This document shows, one piece after another, positions 30,801 through 45,959 of a stretch of 64,000 nt of DNA (position 1 is its first letter; each line of letters starts with the position of its first letter). The notes under the pieces were generated by a model, which saw nothing but the letters and a program-made list of their open reading frames with translations, ran no database searches and was not told the DNA's origin. The DNA comes from the human T2T-CHM13v2.0 reference genome, Homo sapiens. The stretch is from the NCBI RefSeq assembly GCF_009914755.1, contig NC_060933.1; one strand, given 5' to 3'. The position numbers were made by a program, and so were the translations under genes.

Positions 30801-31700
30801 CATTCCGTTCCATTTCATTCCATTCCATTCCATTCCATTCCATGCTGTTCAGGTTAATTGCATTCCATTCCATTCCATTCCATTCCATTCCATTCCATTC
30901 CATTCCATTCCATTGCAATCGAGTTGATTCCATTGCATTCCATTCCATTCCATTCCATTGCATTCCATTGCATTCCATTCCCCTGCACTCAGGTTGATTC
31001 CATTCCATTCCATTCCATTCCATTCCATTCCATTCCATTCCATTCCATTCCATTCCATTCTATTCGCGTTAATTCCATTCCATTCCATTCCATTACATTC
31101 CATTGCAATCGAGTTGATTCCATTCCATTCCATTCCATTCCATTCCATTCAAGTCGTTTCCATTCCATTCCACTCGTGTTGATTCCATTTTATTAGTTTC
31201 CATTCCATTCCATTCCCTTCCATTCCACTCTGGTTGATTCCATTCCTTTCCATTCCACTCGAATTCATTCCCTTCTATTCCACTCGGAATGATTCCTTTC
31301 CATTCCGTTCCATTTCATTCCATTCCATTCCATTTCGTTCCATTGCATTCTATTCCGTACCATTCCATTCCATTCCATTCCATGCCATTCCACTCGGGTT
31401 GATTCCATTGCTTTCCATTCCATTTGGGTTGAATCCATTCCATTCCATTCCATTCCATTCCATTCCATTCCATTCCATTCCATTGCACTAGGTTTGATTC
31501 CATTCCACTGCATTCCATTCCATTCCATTCCATTCCATTCCATTCCGTTCCATTCCATTCCATTATATTCGGATTGATTCTTTTTAATTCCCTTAGACTC
31601 CATTTCATTCCATTCCATTCGGGTACTTTCCATTCCATTCCATTCCATTCCACTGCATTCTATTGCACTCGGGTTTATTGATTCCATTCCATTGCATTCC
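20970..31700 (+). repeat. Local higher-order repeat of alternating ~0.95-kb (A) and ~1.57-kb (B) units, ~2.52-kb period
   Basis: GAATTC of the CTCGAATTCATT module at 22148, 23092, 24631, 26195, 27144, 28718, 29667, 31261; spacings 944, 1539, 1564, 949, 1574, 949, 1594. Near-identical ORF translations at 22555/26607/29130 and at 22121/26168/28691/31234. Confidence 0.88.
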
Positions 31701-31835
31701 ATTCCATTCCATTCCATTCCGGATGATTCCATTCCATTCCATTCCATTCCACTGCATTCTATTGCACTCGGGTTGATTGATTCCATTCCATTGCATTCCA
31801 TTCCATTCCATTCCATTCCGGATGATTCCATTCCA
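31635..31835 (+). repeat. 99-bp tandem duplication at the right end of the A/B array
   Basis: CACTGCATTCTATTGCACTCGGG at 31651 and 31750; visible as a 33-aa repeat in ORF 31265..31861. Confidence 0.88.
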
Positions 31836-34800
31836 TTCCATTCCATTCCATTTCGTTCCATTCCATTCTATTCCGTACCATTCCATTACATTCCATTCCA
31901 TTCCATTCCATTTCATGCCATTCCACTCGGGTTGATTCCATTGCTTTCCATTATATTTGGGTTGAATCCATTCAATTCCATTCCATTCCAATCCATTCCA
32001 TTCCATTCCATTCCATTCCATTCCATTGCACTAGGTTTGATTCCATTCCACTGCATTCCATTCCATTCCATTCCATTCCATTCCATTCCATTCCATTCCG
32101 TTCCATTCCATTCCATTACATTCGGATTGATTGTATTCAATTCCCTTACACTCCATTTCATTCCATTCCATACGGGTTGTTTCCATTCCATTCCATTCCA
32201 TTCCATTCCACTCCATTCCATTGCACTCGGGTTGATTCCATTCCATTCCATTCCATTCTATTCCATTTCGTTCCATTCCATTCTATTCGGTACCATTCCA
32301 TTCCATTCCATTCCATTCCATTCCATTCCATGCCATTCCACTTAGGTTGATTCCCTTCCTTTCCATTCCATTCGGGTTGAATCCATCCCATTCCATTCCA
32401 TTACATTCCATTCCAGTCCATTCCATTCCATTGCAATCGAGTTGATTCCATTCCATTCCATTCAATTCCGGATAATTCCATTCCATTGCCTTCAATTCCA
32501 TTCCATTCCCCTGCACTCGGGTTGATTCCATTCCATTCCATTCCTTTCCATTCCATTCCTTTTCATTCCATTCCATTTCGTTCCATTCCATTCTATTCCG
32601 TTCCATTCCATTCCATTCCATTCCATTCCATTCCATTCCATTCCATGCCTTTCCACTCGGGTTAATTCCATTCCTTTCCATTCCATTCGAGTTGAATCCA
32701 TTCCATTCCATTCCATTCCATTCCATTCCATTGCACACGGGTCCATTCCATTCCATTCCATTCCATTCCATTCCATTCCATTTCGTTACATTCCATTCTA
32801 TTCCGTACCATTCCATTCCATTCCATTCCATTCCACTCCATTCCATGCCATTCCACTCGGGTTTATTCCATTCCTTTCCATTCCATTCGGGTAAAATCCA
32901 TTCCAATCCATTCCATTCCATTCGATTCCATTACATTGCAGTCCGGATGATTCCATTCCATTCCATTCCATTCCATTCCATTCCATTCCATTCCATTCCA
33001 TTGCACACGGGTTCATTCCATTCCATTCCATTCGATTCCATTCCATTCCATTCCATTCCATTTCGCTCCATTCCATTCTATTCCATGCCATTCCACTCGG
33101 GTTGATTCCATTCCTTTCCATTCCATTCGAGTTGAATCAATTCCATTCCATTCCATTCCATTCGATTCCATTCCATTGCACACGGGTTCATTCCATTGCA
33201 TTCCATTCCATTCCATTCCATTCCATTCCATTCCATTCCATTTCGTTCCATTCCATTCTATTCCATACCATTCCATTCCATTCCATTCCATTCCACTCCA
33301 TTCCCTGCCATTCCACTCGGGTTTATTCCATTCCTTTCCATTCCATTCGGGTTGAATCCATTCTTTTCCATTCCATTCCGTTCAATTCCATTGCATTGCA
33401 CTCGGGTTGATTCCATTCCATTCCATGCCATTCCATTTCATTCCGTTCCATTCCATTCCATTACATTCGGATTGAATCTTTTCAATTACCTTACACTCCA
33501 TTACATTACATTCCATTCGGGTAGTTTCCATTCCATTCCATTCCATTACACTCCATTGCATTGCACTTGGGTTGATTGATTCCATTCCATTGCATTCCAT
33601 TCCATTCCATTCCATTCCGGATGATTCCATTCCATTGCATTCCATTCCATTCCATTCCCCTGCACTCGGGTTGATTACATTCCATTCCATTCCATTCCGT
33701 TCCATTCCATTCCATTCCATTCCATTCCATTCCATTCCATTGCAATCGAGTTGATTCCATTACATTCCATTCCATTCCATTCCATTGCATTCCATTGCAT
33801 TCCATTCCCCTGCACTCAGGTTGATTCCGTTCCATTCCATTCCATTCCATTCCATTCCATGCCATGCCATTCCACTCGGCTTTATTCCATTCCTTTCCAT
33901 TCCACTCGGGTTGATTCCATTGCTTTCCTTTCCATTTGGGTTGAATCCATTCCATTCCATTCCATTCCATTCCAGTCCATTCCATTGCAGTAAGTTTGAT
34001 TCCATTCCACTGCATTCCATTCCATTCCATTCCGTTCCATTCCATTGCATTACATTCGGATTGATTCTTTTTAATTCCCTTAGTCTCCATTACATTCCAT
34101 TCCTTTCGGGTACTTTCCATTCCATTCCATTCCATTCCACTGCATTCTGTTGCACTCTGGTAGATTGATTCCATTCCATTGCATTCCATTCCATTCCATT
34201 CCATTCCGGATGATTCCATACCATTGCATTCCATTCCATTCCATTCCCCTGCACTCGGGTTGATTCCATTCCATTCCATTGCATTCCATTCCGTTCCATT
34301 CCATTCCATTCCATTCAATACCGGATGATTCCATTCCATTGCCTTCCATTCCATTCCATTCCCCTGCACTCGGGTTGATTCCATTCCATTCCATTCCATT
34401 CCATTCCATTCCATTCCATTCCATTGCATTCCATTGCAATCCAGTTGATTCCATTCCATTCCATTACATTCCACTCAATTCCGGATGATTCCATTCCATT
34501 GCCTTCCATTCCATTCCATTCCCCTGTTCTCGGGTTGATTCCATTCCATTCCATTCCATTCCATTCCATTCCATTCCATTCCATTTCGTTCCATTCCATT
34601 CTATTCCGTACCATTCCATTCCATTCCATTCCACTCCATTCCATTCCATTCCATTCCATGCCATTCCACTCGGGTTTATTCAATTCCTTTCCATTCCATT
34701 CGAGTTGAATCCATTCCATTCCATTGCATTCCATTCGATTCCATTCCATTACACAGGGGTTCATTCCATTCCATTCCATTCCATTCCATTCCATTCCATT

Positions 34801-35399
34801 GCATTCCATTCCATTCCATTCCATTCCATTCGATTCCATTACATTGCACTCGGGATGATTCCATTCCATTCCACTCCATTCCATTCCATTTCATTCCATT
34901 CCATTCCATTGCACACGTGTTCATTCCATTCCATTCCATTCCTTTCTATTCCATTCCATTCCATTCCATTCCATTTTGCTCCATTCCATTCTATTCCGTA
35001 CCATTCCATTCCATTCCATTCCATTCCATTCCATTCTATTCCATTCCATGCCATTCCACTCGGGTTGATTCCATTCCTTTCCATTCCATTCGAGTTGAAT
35101 CCATTCCATTCCATTCCATTCCTTTCCATTCCATTGCACACGGGTTGATTCCATTCCATTGCATTCCGTTCCATTCCGGAGACTCCATTCCATTGCATTC
35201 CATTCCATTCCATTCCCCTGCAGTCGGGTTCATTCCATGCCATTCCATTCCATTCCATTCCATTCCATTCCATTCCATTCCATTCCATTCCATTCTATTC
35301 GGGTTAATTCCATTCCATTCCATTCCATTCCATTCCATTCCATTCCATTCCATTCCATTCCATTCCATAGCAATCGAGTTGATTCCATTCCATTCCATT

Positions 35400-35745
35400 C
35401 CATTCCGGATGATTCCGTTCCATTGCCTTCCATTCCATTCCATTCCCCTGCACCCGGGTTGATTCCATTCCATTCCATTCCATTCCATTCCATTCCTTTC
35501 CATTCCATTCCATTCCATTCCCTTCCATTCCTTTCCATTCTATTCGTGTTAATAACATTCCATTCCATTCCATTCCATTCCGGATGATTCCGTTCCATTG
35601 CCTTCCATTCCATTCCATTCCCCTGCACCCGGGTTGATTCCATTCCATTCCATTCCATTCCATTCCTTTCCATTCCATTCCATTCCATTCCCTTCCATTC
35701 CTTTCCATTCTATTCGTGTTAATAACATTCCATTCCATTCCATTC
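35400..35745 (+). repeat. 170-bp tandem duplication (also at ~51570-51915)
   Basis: GGATGATTCCGTTCC...GCACCCGGG...CGTGTTAATAAC occurs twice; AATAAC at 35551 and 35721. Confidence 0.9.
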
Positions 35746-38700
35746 CGTTTCATTGCAATCGAGTTGATTCCATTCCATTCCATTCCATTCCATTCCATTC
35801 CATTCCATTCCATTCCATTCCATTCCATTCCATTCCATTGCATTCCACTCGTTTTGATCCAATTGCTTTACATTCCATTCGGGTTGAAGCCATTCCATTC
35901 CATTCCATTCCTTTCGATTCAATTCCATTGCACTCGGGTTGATCCCATTCCATTGCATTCCATTCCATTCCATTGCATTCCATTCCGTTCCATTCCATTC
36001 CATTACATTCGGATTGATTCTATTCAATTCCCTTACACTCCATTCCATTCCATTCCATTCGGGTTGTTTCCATTCCATTCCATTCCATTCCATTGCACTA
36101 GGGTTGATTCCATTGTATTAAATTCCATTCCATTCCATTTCGTTCCATTCCTTTCTATTCCGTAACATTCCATTCCATTCCATACATTCCATTCCATGCC
36201 ATTCCAGTCGGGTTGATTCCATGCCTTTCCATTCCATTGGTGTTGAATCCATTCCATTCCATTCCATTCCATTCCATTCTGTATGATTCCATTCCATTGC
36301 ATTCCATTCCATTCCATACCCCTGCACTCGGGTGGATTCCATTCTATTCCATTGCATTCCATTGCATTCCATTCCATTACATTCCATTCCATTCCATTCC
36401 ATTGCAATCGAGTTGATTGCATTCCATTCCATTCCATTCCATTTCGTTCCATTCCATTCTATTCCGTACCATTCCATTCCATTCGATTCCATTCCATTCC
36501 ATTCCATTCCATGCCATTCCACTCGGGTTGATTCCATTCCTTTCCATTCCATTCGAGTTGAATCCATTCCATTCCATTCCATTCCATTCGATTCCATTCC
36601 ATTGCACACGGGTTCATTCCATTCCATTCCATTCCATTCCATTCCATTCCATTTCGTTCCATTCCATTCTATTCTGTACCATTCTATTCCATTCCATTCC
36701 ACTCCATTCCATGCCATTCCACTCGGGTTTATTCCATTCCTTTTCATTCCATTCGGGTTGAATCCATTCCATTCCATTCCATTCCCTTCGATTCCATTAC
36801 ATTGCACTCGGGATGATTCCATTCCATTCCACTCCATTCCATTCCATTTCATTCCATTCCATTCCATTGCACACGGGTTCATTCCATGCCATTCCATTCC
36901 ATTCCATTCCATTCCATTCCATTCCATTCCATTCCATTTTGCTCCATTCCATTCTATTCCGTACCATTCCATTGCATTCCATTCCATTCCATTCCATTCC
37001 ATTCCATGCCATTCCACTCGGGTTGATTCCATTCCTTTCCATTCCATTCGGGTTGAATCCATTCCATTCCATTCCATTCCTTTCCATTCCATTGCACACG
37101 GGTTGATTCCATTCCATTCCATTCCGTTCCATTCCGGAGACTCCATTCCATTGCATTCAATTCCATTCCATTCCCCTGCACTCGGGTTCATTCCATTCCA
37201 TTCCATTTCATTCCATTCCATTCCATTCCATTCCATTCCATTCCATTCCTTTCTATTCCATTCCATTACATTCGGATTGATTCTTTTTAATTCCCTTACA
37301 CTCCATTACATTCCATTCCATTCGGGAAGTTTCCATTTCATTCCATTCCATTCCATTCCATTCTATTCCATACCATTCCATTCCATTCCACTCAATTCCA
37401 CTCCATTCCATGCCATTGCACTCGGGTTGATTCCATTCCTTTCTATTCCATTCGGGTTGAAGCCATTCCATTCCATTCCATTCCTTTCGATTCCATTCCA
37501 TTGCACTCGGGTTGATCCCATTCCATTGCATTCCATTCCATTCCATTACATTCCATTCCGTTCCATTCCATTCTATTACATTCGGATTGATTCTATTCAA
37601 TTCCCTTACACTCCATTACATTCTATTCCATTCGGGTTGTTTCCTTTCCATTCCATTCCATTCCATTCCATTCCATTCCCCTGCACTCGGGTTGTTTACA
37701 TTCCATTCCATTCCATTTCCATTCCGTTCCATTCCATTCCATTCCATTCTGTTCAGGTTAATTCCATTCCATTCCATTCCCTTCCATTTCATTCCATTCC
37801 ATTGCATTCCATTACAATCGAGTTGATTCCATTCCATTCCATTCCATTGCATTCCATTCCATTCCATTCCCCTGCACTCAGGTTGATTCCATTCCATTCC
37901 ATTCCATTCCATTCCATTCCGTTCCGTTCCATTCCACTCCATTCCATTCTATTCGCATTAATTCCATTCCATTCCATTCCATTACATTCCACTGCAATTG
38001 AGTTGATTCCATTGCATTCCATTCCATTCCATTCCATTTCGTTCCATTCCATTCTATAACGTACCATTCCATTCCATTCCATTCCGTTACAATCCATGCC
38101 ATTCCACTCGTGTTGATTCCATTCCTTTCCATTCCTTTCGAGTTGAATGCATTCCATTCCATTCCATTCCATTCCATTCCATTCCATTGCACACGGGTTC
38201 ATTCCATTCCATTCCATTCCATTCCATTCCATTCCCTTGCACTATGTTTGATTCCATTCCACTGCATTCCATTCCATTCCATTCCATTCCATTCCATTCC
38301 ATTCCATTCCAATCCATTCCATTCCACTCGGGTTGATTCCATTCCTTTCCATTCCATTCGGGTTGAAGCCATTCCATTCCATTCCATTCCTTTCGATTCC
38401 ATTCCATTGCACTCGGGTTGATCCCATTCCATTGCATTCCATTCCATTCCATTGCATTCCATTCCGTTCCATTCCATTCCATTACATTCGGATTGATTCT
38501 ATTCAATTCCCTTACACTCCGTTACATTCCATTCCATTCGGTTTGTTTCCATTCTATTCCATTCCATTCCACTCCATTCCATTGCAATCGGGTTGATTCC
38601 ATTCCATTCCATTCCATTCCATTCCATTCCATTCCATTCCGTATGATTCCATTCCATTGCATCCCTTCCATTCCATTTCCCTGCACTCGGGTGAATTCCA

Positions 38701-40849
38701 TTCTATTCCATTCTATTCCTTTCCATTCCATTCCATTCCTTTCCATTGCATTCCATTCCATTGCATTCCATTCCATTCCATTCTATTCTATTCGGGTTAA
38801 ATTCATTCCATTCCATTCCATTCCATTCCATTCCATTGAAATCGAGTTGATTCCATTCCATTCCATTCCATTCCTTTCCATTCCATTCCATTCTATTCGG
38901 GTTAATTCCATTCCATTCCATTCCATTCCATTCCCTTCCATTCCATTCCATTCCATTCCATTATATTAGGGTTAATTCCATTCCATTCCATTCCATTCCA
39001 TTCCATTCCATTCCATTCCATTCCAGTGCAATCGAGTTGATTCCATTCCATTCCATTCCATTCCATTCAATTCCGGATGATTCCATTCCATTGCCTTCCA
39101 TTCCATTCCATTCCACTGCACTCGGGTTGATTCCATTCCATTCCATTCCATTCCATTCCATTCCATTCCATTCCATTCCATTCCATTTCATTTCGTTCCA
39201 TTCCATTCTATTCCATTCCAATCCATTCCATTCCATTCCATTTCATTTCGTTCCATTCCATTCTCTTCCGGACCATTCCATTCCATTCCATTCCATGCTA
39301 TTCCACTCCGGTTGATTCCATTCCTTTCCATTCCATTCGACTTGAATCCATTCCATTCCATTCCATTCCATTCGATTCCTTTCCATTGCACACGGGTCCA
39401 TTCCATTCCATTCCATTCCATTCCATTCCATTCCATTCCATTTCGTTCCATTCCATTCTCTTCCGTACCATTCCATTCCATTCCATTCCACTCCATTCCA
39501 TGCCATTCTGCTCGGGTTTATTCCATTCCTTTCCATTCCATTCGGGTTGAATCCATTCCATTCCTTTCCATTCCATTCAATTCCATTACATTGCACTCGG
39601 GTTGATTCCATTCCATTCCATTCCATTTCATTCCATTCGGGTTGAATCCATTCCATTCCTTTCCATTCCATTCAATTCCATTACATTGCACTCGGGTTGA
39701 TTCCATTCCATTCCATTCCATTTCATTCCATTCCATTCCATTCCATTCCATTTCGTTTCATTCCAATCTCTTCCGTACCATTCCATTCCATTCCATTCCA
39801 TTCCACTCCATTCCATGCCCTTCCACTCGGGTTTATTCCATTCCTTTCCATTCCATTCGGGTTGAATCCTTTCCATTCCGTTCAATTCCATTCAATTCCA
39901 TTACATTGCACTCGAGTTGATTTCATTCCATTCCATTCCATTCCATGCCATTCCACTCGGGTTGATTCCATTCCTTTCCATTCCATTCGAGTTGAACCCA
40001 TTCCATTCCATTCCATTCCATTCCATTCCATTGCACACGGGTTCATTCCATTCCATTCCATTCCATTCCACTCCATTCCATTCCATTTCGTTCCATTCCA
40101 TTCTATTCCATACCATTCCTTTCAATTCCATTCCCTTCCATGCCATTTCACTCGGGTTTATTAAATTCTTTTCCATTCCATTCGTGTTGAATCCATTCCA
40201 TTCCATTCCATTCCATTCCATTCCATTCCATTCGATTCCATTCCATTGCACTCGGGTTGATTCCATTCCATTCCATGCCATTCCATTTCATTCCATTCCA
40301 TTCCGTTCCATTCCATTCCATTCCATTCAATTCAATTCCGTTCCATTCCATTACATTACATTCGGATTGATTCTTTTTAATTCCCTTACACTCCATTACA
40401 TTCCATTCCATTCGGGTACTTTCCATTCCATTCCATTCCATTCCACTGCATTCTATTGCACTCGGGTTGATTGATTCCATTCCTTTGCATTCCATTCAAT
40501 TCCATTCCATTCCGGATGATTCCATTCCATTGCATCCCATTCCATTCCATTCCCCTGCACTCGGGTTGATCCCATTCCATTGCATTCCATTCCATTCCAT
40601 TCCATTCCATTGCATTCCATTCCGTTCCATTCCATTCCATTCCATTCCATTCTGTTCAGGTTAATTCCATTCCATTCCATTCCCTTCCATTCCATTCCAT
40701 TCCATTCCATTCCATTCCATTGCAATCGAGTTGATTCCATTGCATTCCATTCCATTCCATTGCATTGCATTCCATTCCATTCCATTCCCCTGTACTCAGA
40801 ATGATTCCATTCCATTCCATTCCATTCCATTCCGTTCCATTCCATTCCA

Positions 40850-41860
40850 TTCCATTTTATTCGCGTTAATTCCATTCCATTCCATTCCATTCCATTCCGT
40901 ATGATTCCATTCCATTGCATTTCATTCCATTCAATTCCCCAGCACTCGGGTGGATTCCATTCTATTCCATTCCATTCCATTCCATTCCATTCCGTTCCAT
41001 TCCATTCCATTATATTCGGATTGAATCTTTTCAATTCCCTTACACTCCATTACCTTCCATTCCATTCGGGTTGTTTCCATTCCATTCTATTCCATTCCAC
41101 TCCATTCCATTGCAATCGGGTTGATTCCATTCCATTCCATTCCATTCCATTCCGTATGATTCCATTCCATTGCATTCCATTCCAGTCCATTCCACTGCAC
41201 TCGGGTGGATTCCGTTCTATTCCATTCCATTCCATTCCATTCCATTCCATTCCATTCCATTCCATTCTATTCGGGTTAATTTCATTCCATTCCATTTTGT
41301 TCCATTCCATTCTATTCCGTACCATTCCATTCCATTCCATTCCATTCCATTCCATTCCATTTTATTCGCGTTAATTCCATTCCATTCCATTCCATTCCAT
41401 TCCGTATGATTCCATTCCATTGCATTTCATTCCATTCAATTCCCCAGCACTCGGGTGGATTCCATTCTATTCCATTCCATTCCATTCCATTCCATTCCGT
41501 TCCATTCCATTCCATTATATTCGGATTGAATCTATTCAATTCCCTTACACTCCATTACCTTCCATTCCATTCGGGTTGTTTCCATTCCATTCTATTCCAT
41601 TCCACTCCATTCCATTGCAATCGGGTTGATTCCATTCCATTCCATTCCATTCCATTCCGTATGATTCCATTCCATTGCATTCCATTCCAGTCCATTCCAC
41701 TGCACTCGGGTGGATTCCGTTCTATTCCATTCCATTCCATTCCATTCCATTCCATTCCATTCCATTCTATTCGGGTTAATTTCATTCCATTCCATTTTGT
41801 TCCATTCCATTCTATTCCGTACCATTCCATTCCATTCCATTCCATTCCATTCCATTCCAT
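40850..41860 (+). repeat. 505-bp tandem duplication (also at ~57015-57990 and ~60785-61800)
   Basis: TTTTATTCGCGTTAAT at 40856 and 41361; ORFs 40901/41406 and 40915/41420 are 505 bp apart. Confidence 0.9.
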
Positions 41861-44469
41861 TCCATTCTATTCCATGCCATTCCACTCGGGTTAATTCCAT
41901 TCCTTTCCATTAAATTCGTGTTGAATCCATTCCATTCGATTCCATTTCATTCGATTCCATTCCATTGCACTGGGGTCCATTCCATTCCATTCCATTCCAT
42001 TCCATTCCATTGTACTAGGTTTGATTCCATTCCACTGCATTCCATTCCATTCCATTCCATTCCGTTCCATTCCATTCCATTACATTCGGATTGGTTGTAT
42101 TCAATTCCCTTACACTCTATTTCATTCCATTCCATTCGGGTTGTTTCCATTCCATTCCATTCCATTCCACTCCATTCCATTGCACTCGGGTTCATTCCAT
42201 TCCATTCCATTCCATTGCATTCCATTTCGTTCCATTCCATTCTATTCCGTACCATTCCATTCCATTCCATTCCATGCCATTCCACTCGGGTTGATTCCAT
42301 TCCTTTCCATTCCATTTGGGTTGAATCCAATCCATTCCATTCCATTCCATTCCATTCCATTCCATTCCATTCCATTCCATTCTATTCCATTGCACACGGG
42401 TTGATTCCATTGTATTCCATTCCGTTCCATTCGGGATGACTCCATTCCATTGCCTTCCATTCCATTCCATTCCCCTGCACTCGGGTTGATTCCATTCCAT
42501 TCCATGCCATTCCATTCCATTCCATTCCATTCTATTCCATTCCATTGAAGTCCTTTCCATTCCATTCCACTCGTGTTGATTCCATTTTATTAGTTTCCAT
42601 TCCATTCCATTCCCTTCCATTCCACTCTGGTTGATTCCATTCCTTTCCATTCCACTCGAATTCATTCCCTTCTATTCCATTCGGAATGATTCCATTGCAT
42701 TCCGTTCAATTCCATTCCATTCCATTCCATTTCGTTCCATTGCATTCTATTCCGTACCATTCCATTCCATTCCATTCCATGCCATTCCATTCCATTCCAT
42801 TCCATTCCATTGCACTAGGTTTGATTTCATTCCACTGCATTCCATTCCATTCCATTCCATTCCACTCCATTCCATTCCATTCCGTTCCATTCAATTCCAT
42901 TACATTCGGATTGATTGTATTCAATTCCCTTACACTCCATTACATTACATTCCATTCGGGTTATTTCCATTCCATTCCATTCCATTCCATTCCATTCCAT
43001 TGCACTCGGGTTGATTCCATTCCATTCAATTCCATTCCATTCCATTTCGTTCCATTCCAGTCTATTCCGTACCATTCCATTCCATTCCATTCCAGTCCAT
43101 TCCATTCCTTTCCGTATGATTCCATTCCATTGCATTCCATTCCATTCCATTCCCTTGCACTCGGGTGGATTCCATTCTATTCCATTCCATTCCATTCCAT
43201 TCCATTCCATTCCATTCCATTCCATTCTATTCGGGTTAATTTGATTCCATTCCATTCCATTGCATTCCATTCCATTCCATTCCACTGCACTCGGATTGAT
43301 TCCATTCCATTCCATTCCATTCCATTCCATTCCATTCCATTCCATTTCATTTCGTTCCATTCCATTCTATTCCATTCCAATCCATTCCATTCCTTTCCAT
43401 TTCATTTCGTTCCATTCCATTCTCTTCCGGACCATTCCATTCCATTCCATTACATGCCATTCCACTCCGGTTGATTCCATTCCTTTCCATTCCATTCGAC
43501 TTGAATCCATTCCATTCCATTCCATTCCATTCCTTTCCATTGCACACGTGTTCATTCCATTCCATTCCATTCCATTCCATTCCATTTCGTTCCATTCCAT
43601 TCTCTTCCGTACCATTCCATTCCATTCCATTCCATTCCATTCCACTCCATTCCATGCCATTCCGCTCGGGTTTATTCCATTCCTTTCCATTCCATTCGGG
43701 TTGAATCCATTCCATTCCATTCCATTCCATTCAATTCCATTACATTGCACTCGGGTTGATTCCATTCCATTCCATTCCATTCCATTCCATTCCATTCCAT
43801 TTCGTTTCATTCCATTCTCTTCCGTACCATTCCATTCCATTCCATTCCATTCCACTCCATTCCATGCCATTCCACTCGGGTTTATTCCATTCCTTTCCAT
43901 TCCATTCGGGTTGAATCCTTTCCATTCCGTTCAATTCCATTCAATTCCATTACATTGCACTTGAGTTGATTCCATTCCATTCCATTCCATTCCATTTCAT
44001 TACATTGCATTCCATTCCATTCCATTCCATGCTATTGCACTCGGGTTGATTCCATTCCTTTCCATTCCATTCGAGTTGAACCCATTCCATTCCATTCCAT
44101 TCCATTCCATTGCACACGGGTTCATTCTATTCCATTCCATTCCATTCCATTCCGTTTCGTTCCATTCCATTCTATTCCGTACCATTCCTTTCCATTCCAT
44201 TCCCTTCCATGCCATTTCACTCGGGTTTATTCCATTCCTTTCCATTCCATTCGGGTTGAATCCATTCCATTCCATTCCATTCCATTCCATTCCATTCCAT
44301 TCCATTCCATTGCACTCGGGTTGATTCCATTCCATTCCATGCCATTCCATTTCATTCCATTCCATTCCGTTCCATTCCATTCTATTCAATTCAATTCAAT
44401 TCCGTTCCATTCCATTCCATTCCATTCCATTGCATTCCGGATGATTCCATTCCATTCCATTCCATTCCA

Positions 44470-44965
44470 TTCCATTCCATTCCCCTGCACGCGGGTTGAT
44501 CCCATTCCATTGCATTCCATTCCATTCCATTCCATTCCATTGCATTCCATTTCGTTCCATTCCATTCCATTCCATTCCATTCTGTTCAGGTTAATTCCAT
44601 TCCATTCCATTCCCTTCCATTCCATTCCATTCCATTCCATTCCATTGCAATCGAGTTGATTCCATTGCATTCCATTCCATTCCATTCCATTCCATTCTGT
44701 TCAGGTTAATTCCATTCCATTCCATTCCCTTCCATTCCATTACATTCCATTCCATTCCATTCCCCTGCACGCGGGTTGATCCCATTCCATTGCATTCCAT
44801 TCCATTCCATTCCATTCCATTGCATTCCATTTCGTTCCATTCCATTCCATTCCATTCCATTCTGTTCAGGTTAATTCCATTCCATTCCATTCCCTTCCAT
44901 TCCATTCCATTCCATTCCATTCCATTGCAATCGAGTTGATTCCATTGCATTCCATTCCATTCCAT
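44470..44965 (+). repeat. 280-bp-offset local duplication with an internal partial repeat
   Basis: CCCCTGCACGCGGGTTGATCCC at 44482 and 44762; CTGTTCAGG at 44582, 44697 and 44862. Confidence 0.8.
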
Positions 44966-45959
44966 TGCATTGCATTCCATTCCATTCCATTCCCCTGTAC
45001 TCAGAATGATTCCATTCCATTCCATTCCTTTCCATTCCGTTCCATTCCATTTCATTCCATTCCATTCCATTCCATTCCGTATGATTCCATTCCATTGCAT
45101 TCCATTCCATTCAATTCCCCTGCACTCGCGTTGATTCCATTCCATTCCATTCCATTCCAATCCATTCCATTCCATTGCATTCCATTTCGTTCCATTCCAT
45201 TCCATTCCTTTCCATTCCGTTCCATTCCATTCCATTCCATTCCATTCCATTCCATTCCGTATGATTCCATTCCATTGCATTCCATTCCATTCAATTCCCC
45301 TGCACTCGGGTGGATTCCATTCTATTCCATTCCATTCCATTCCATTCCATTCCATTCCATTCCATTCCGTTCCATTCCATTCCATTACATTCGGATTGAA
45401 TCTATTCAATTCCCTTACACTCCATTACCTTCCATTCCATTCGGGTTGTTTCCTTTCCATTCCATTCCATTCCACTCCATTCCATTGCAATCCGGTTGAT
45501 TCTATTCCATTCCATTCCATTCCATTCCGTATGATTCCATTCCATTGCATTCCATTCCAGTCCGTTCCACTGCACTCGGGTGGATTCCATTCTATTCCAT
45601 TCCATTCCATTCCATTCCCTTCCTTTCCGTTCCATTCCATTCCATTCCATTGAAGTCCTTTCCATTCCATTCCACTCGTGTTGATTCCATTTTATTAGTT
45701 TCCATTCCATTCCATTCCCTTCCATTCCACTCTGGTTGATTCCATTCCTTTCCATTCCACTCGAATTCATTCCCTTCTATTCCTTTCGGAATGATTCCAT
45801 TGCATTCCGTTCCATTCCATTCCATTCCATTCCTTTTCGTTCCATTGCATTCTATTCCGTACCATTCCATTCCATTCCATTCCATGCCATTCCACTCCGG
45901 TTGATTCCATTGTTTTCCATTCCATTTGGGTTGAATCCATTCCATTCCATTCCATCCCA

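Larger units (their letters stand above)
35330..44046 (+). repeat. Copy 1 of a large near-identical intra-array duplication (block Z)
   Basis: Rare markers CCATAGCAATCG (~35365), GTTAATAACA (35548/35718), GGAGACTCC (~37136), TATAACGTACC (~38055), CCGGACC (39268) and ATGCTATTGCAC (~44029) all recur in the same order from 51.5 kb. Confidence 0.93.

Noticed and set aside
36332-38059. Longest ORF (575 aa, + strand)
   Set aside because: Its near-identical paralog is split by pentamer indels (52503..53267 and 53443..54225), so the frame is not conserved; the product is pure low-complexity repeat.
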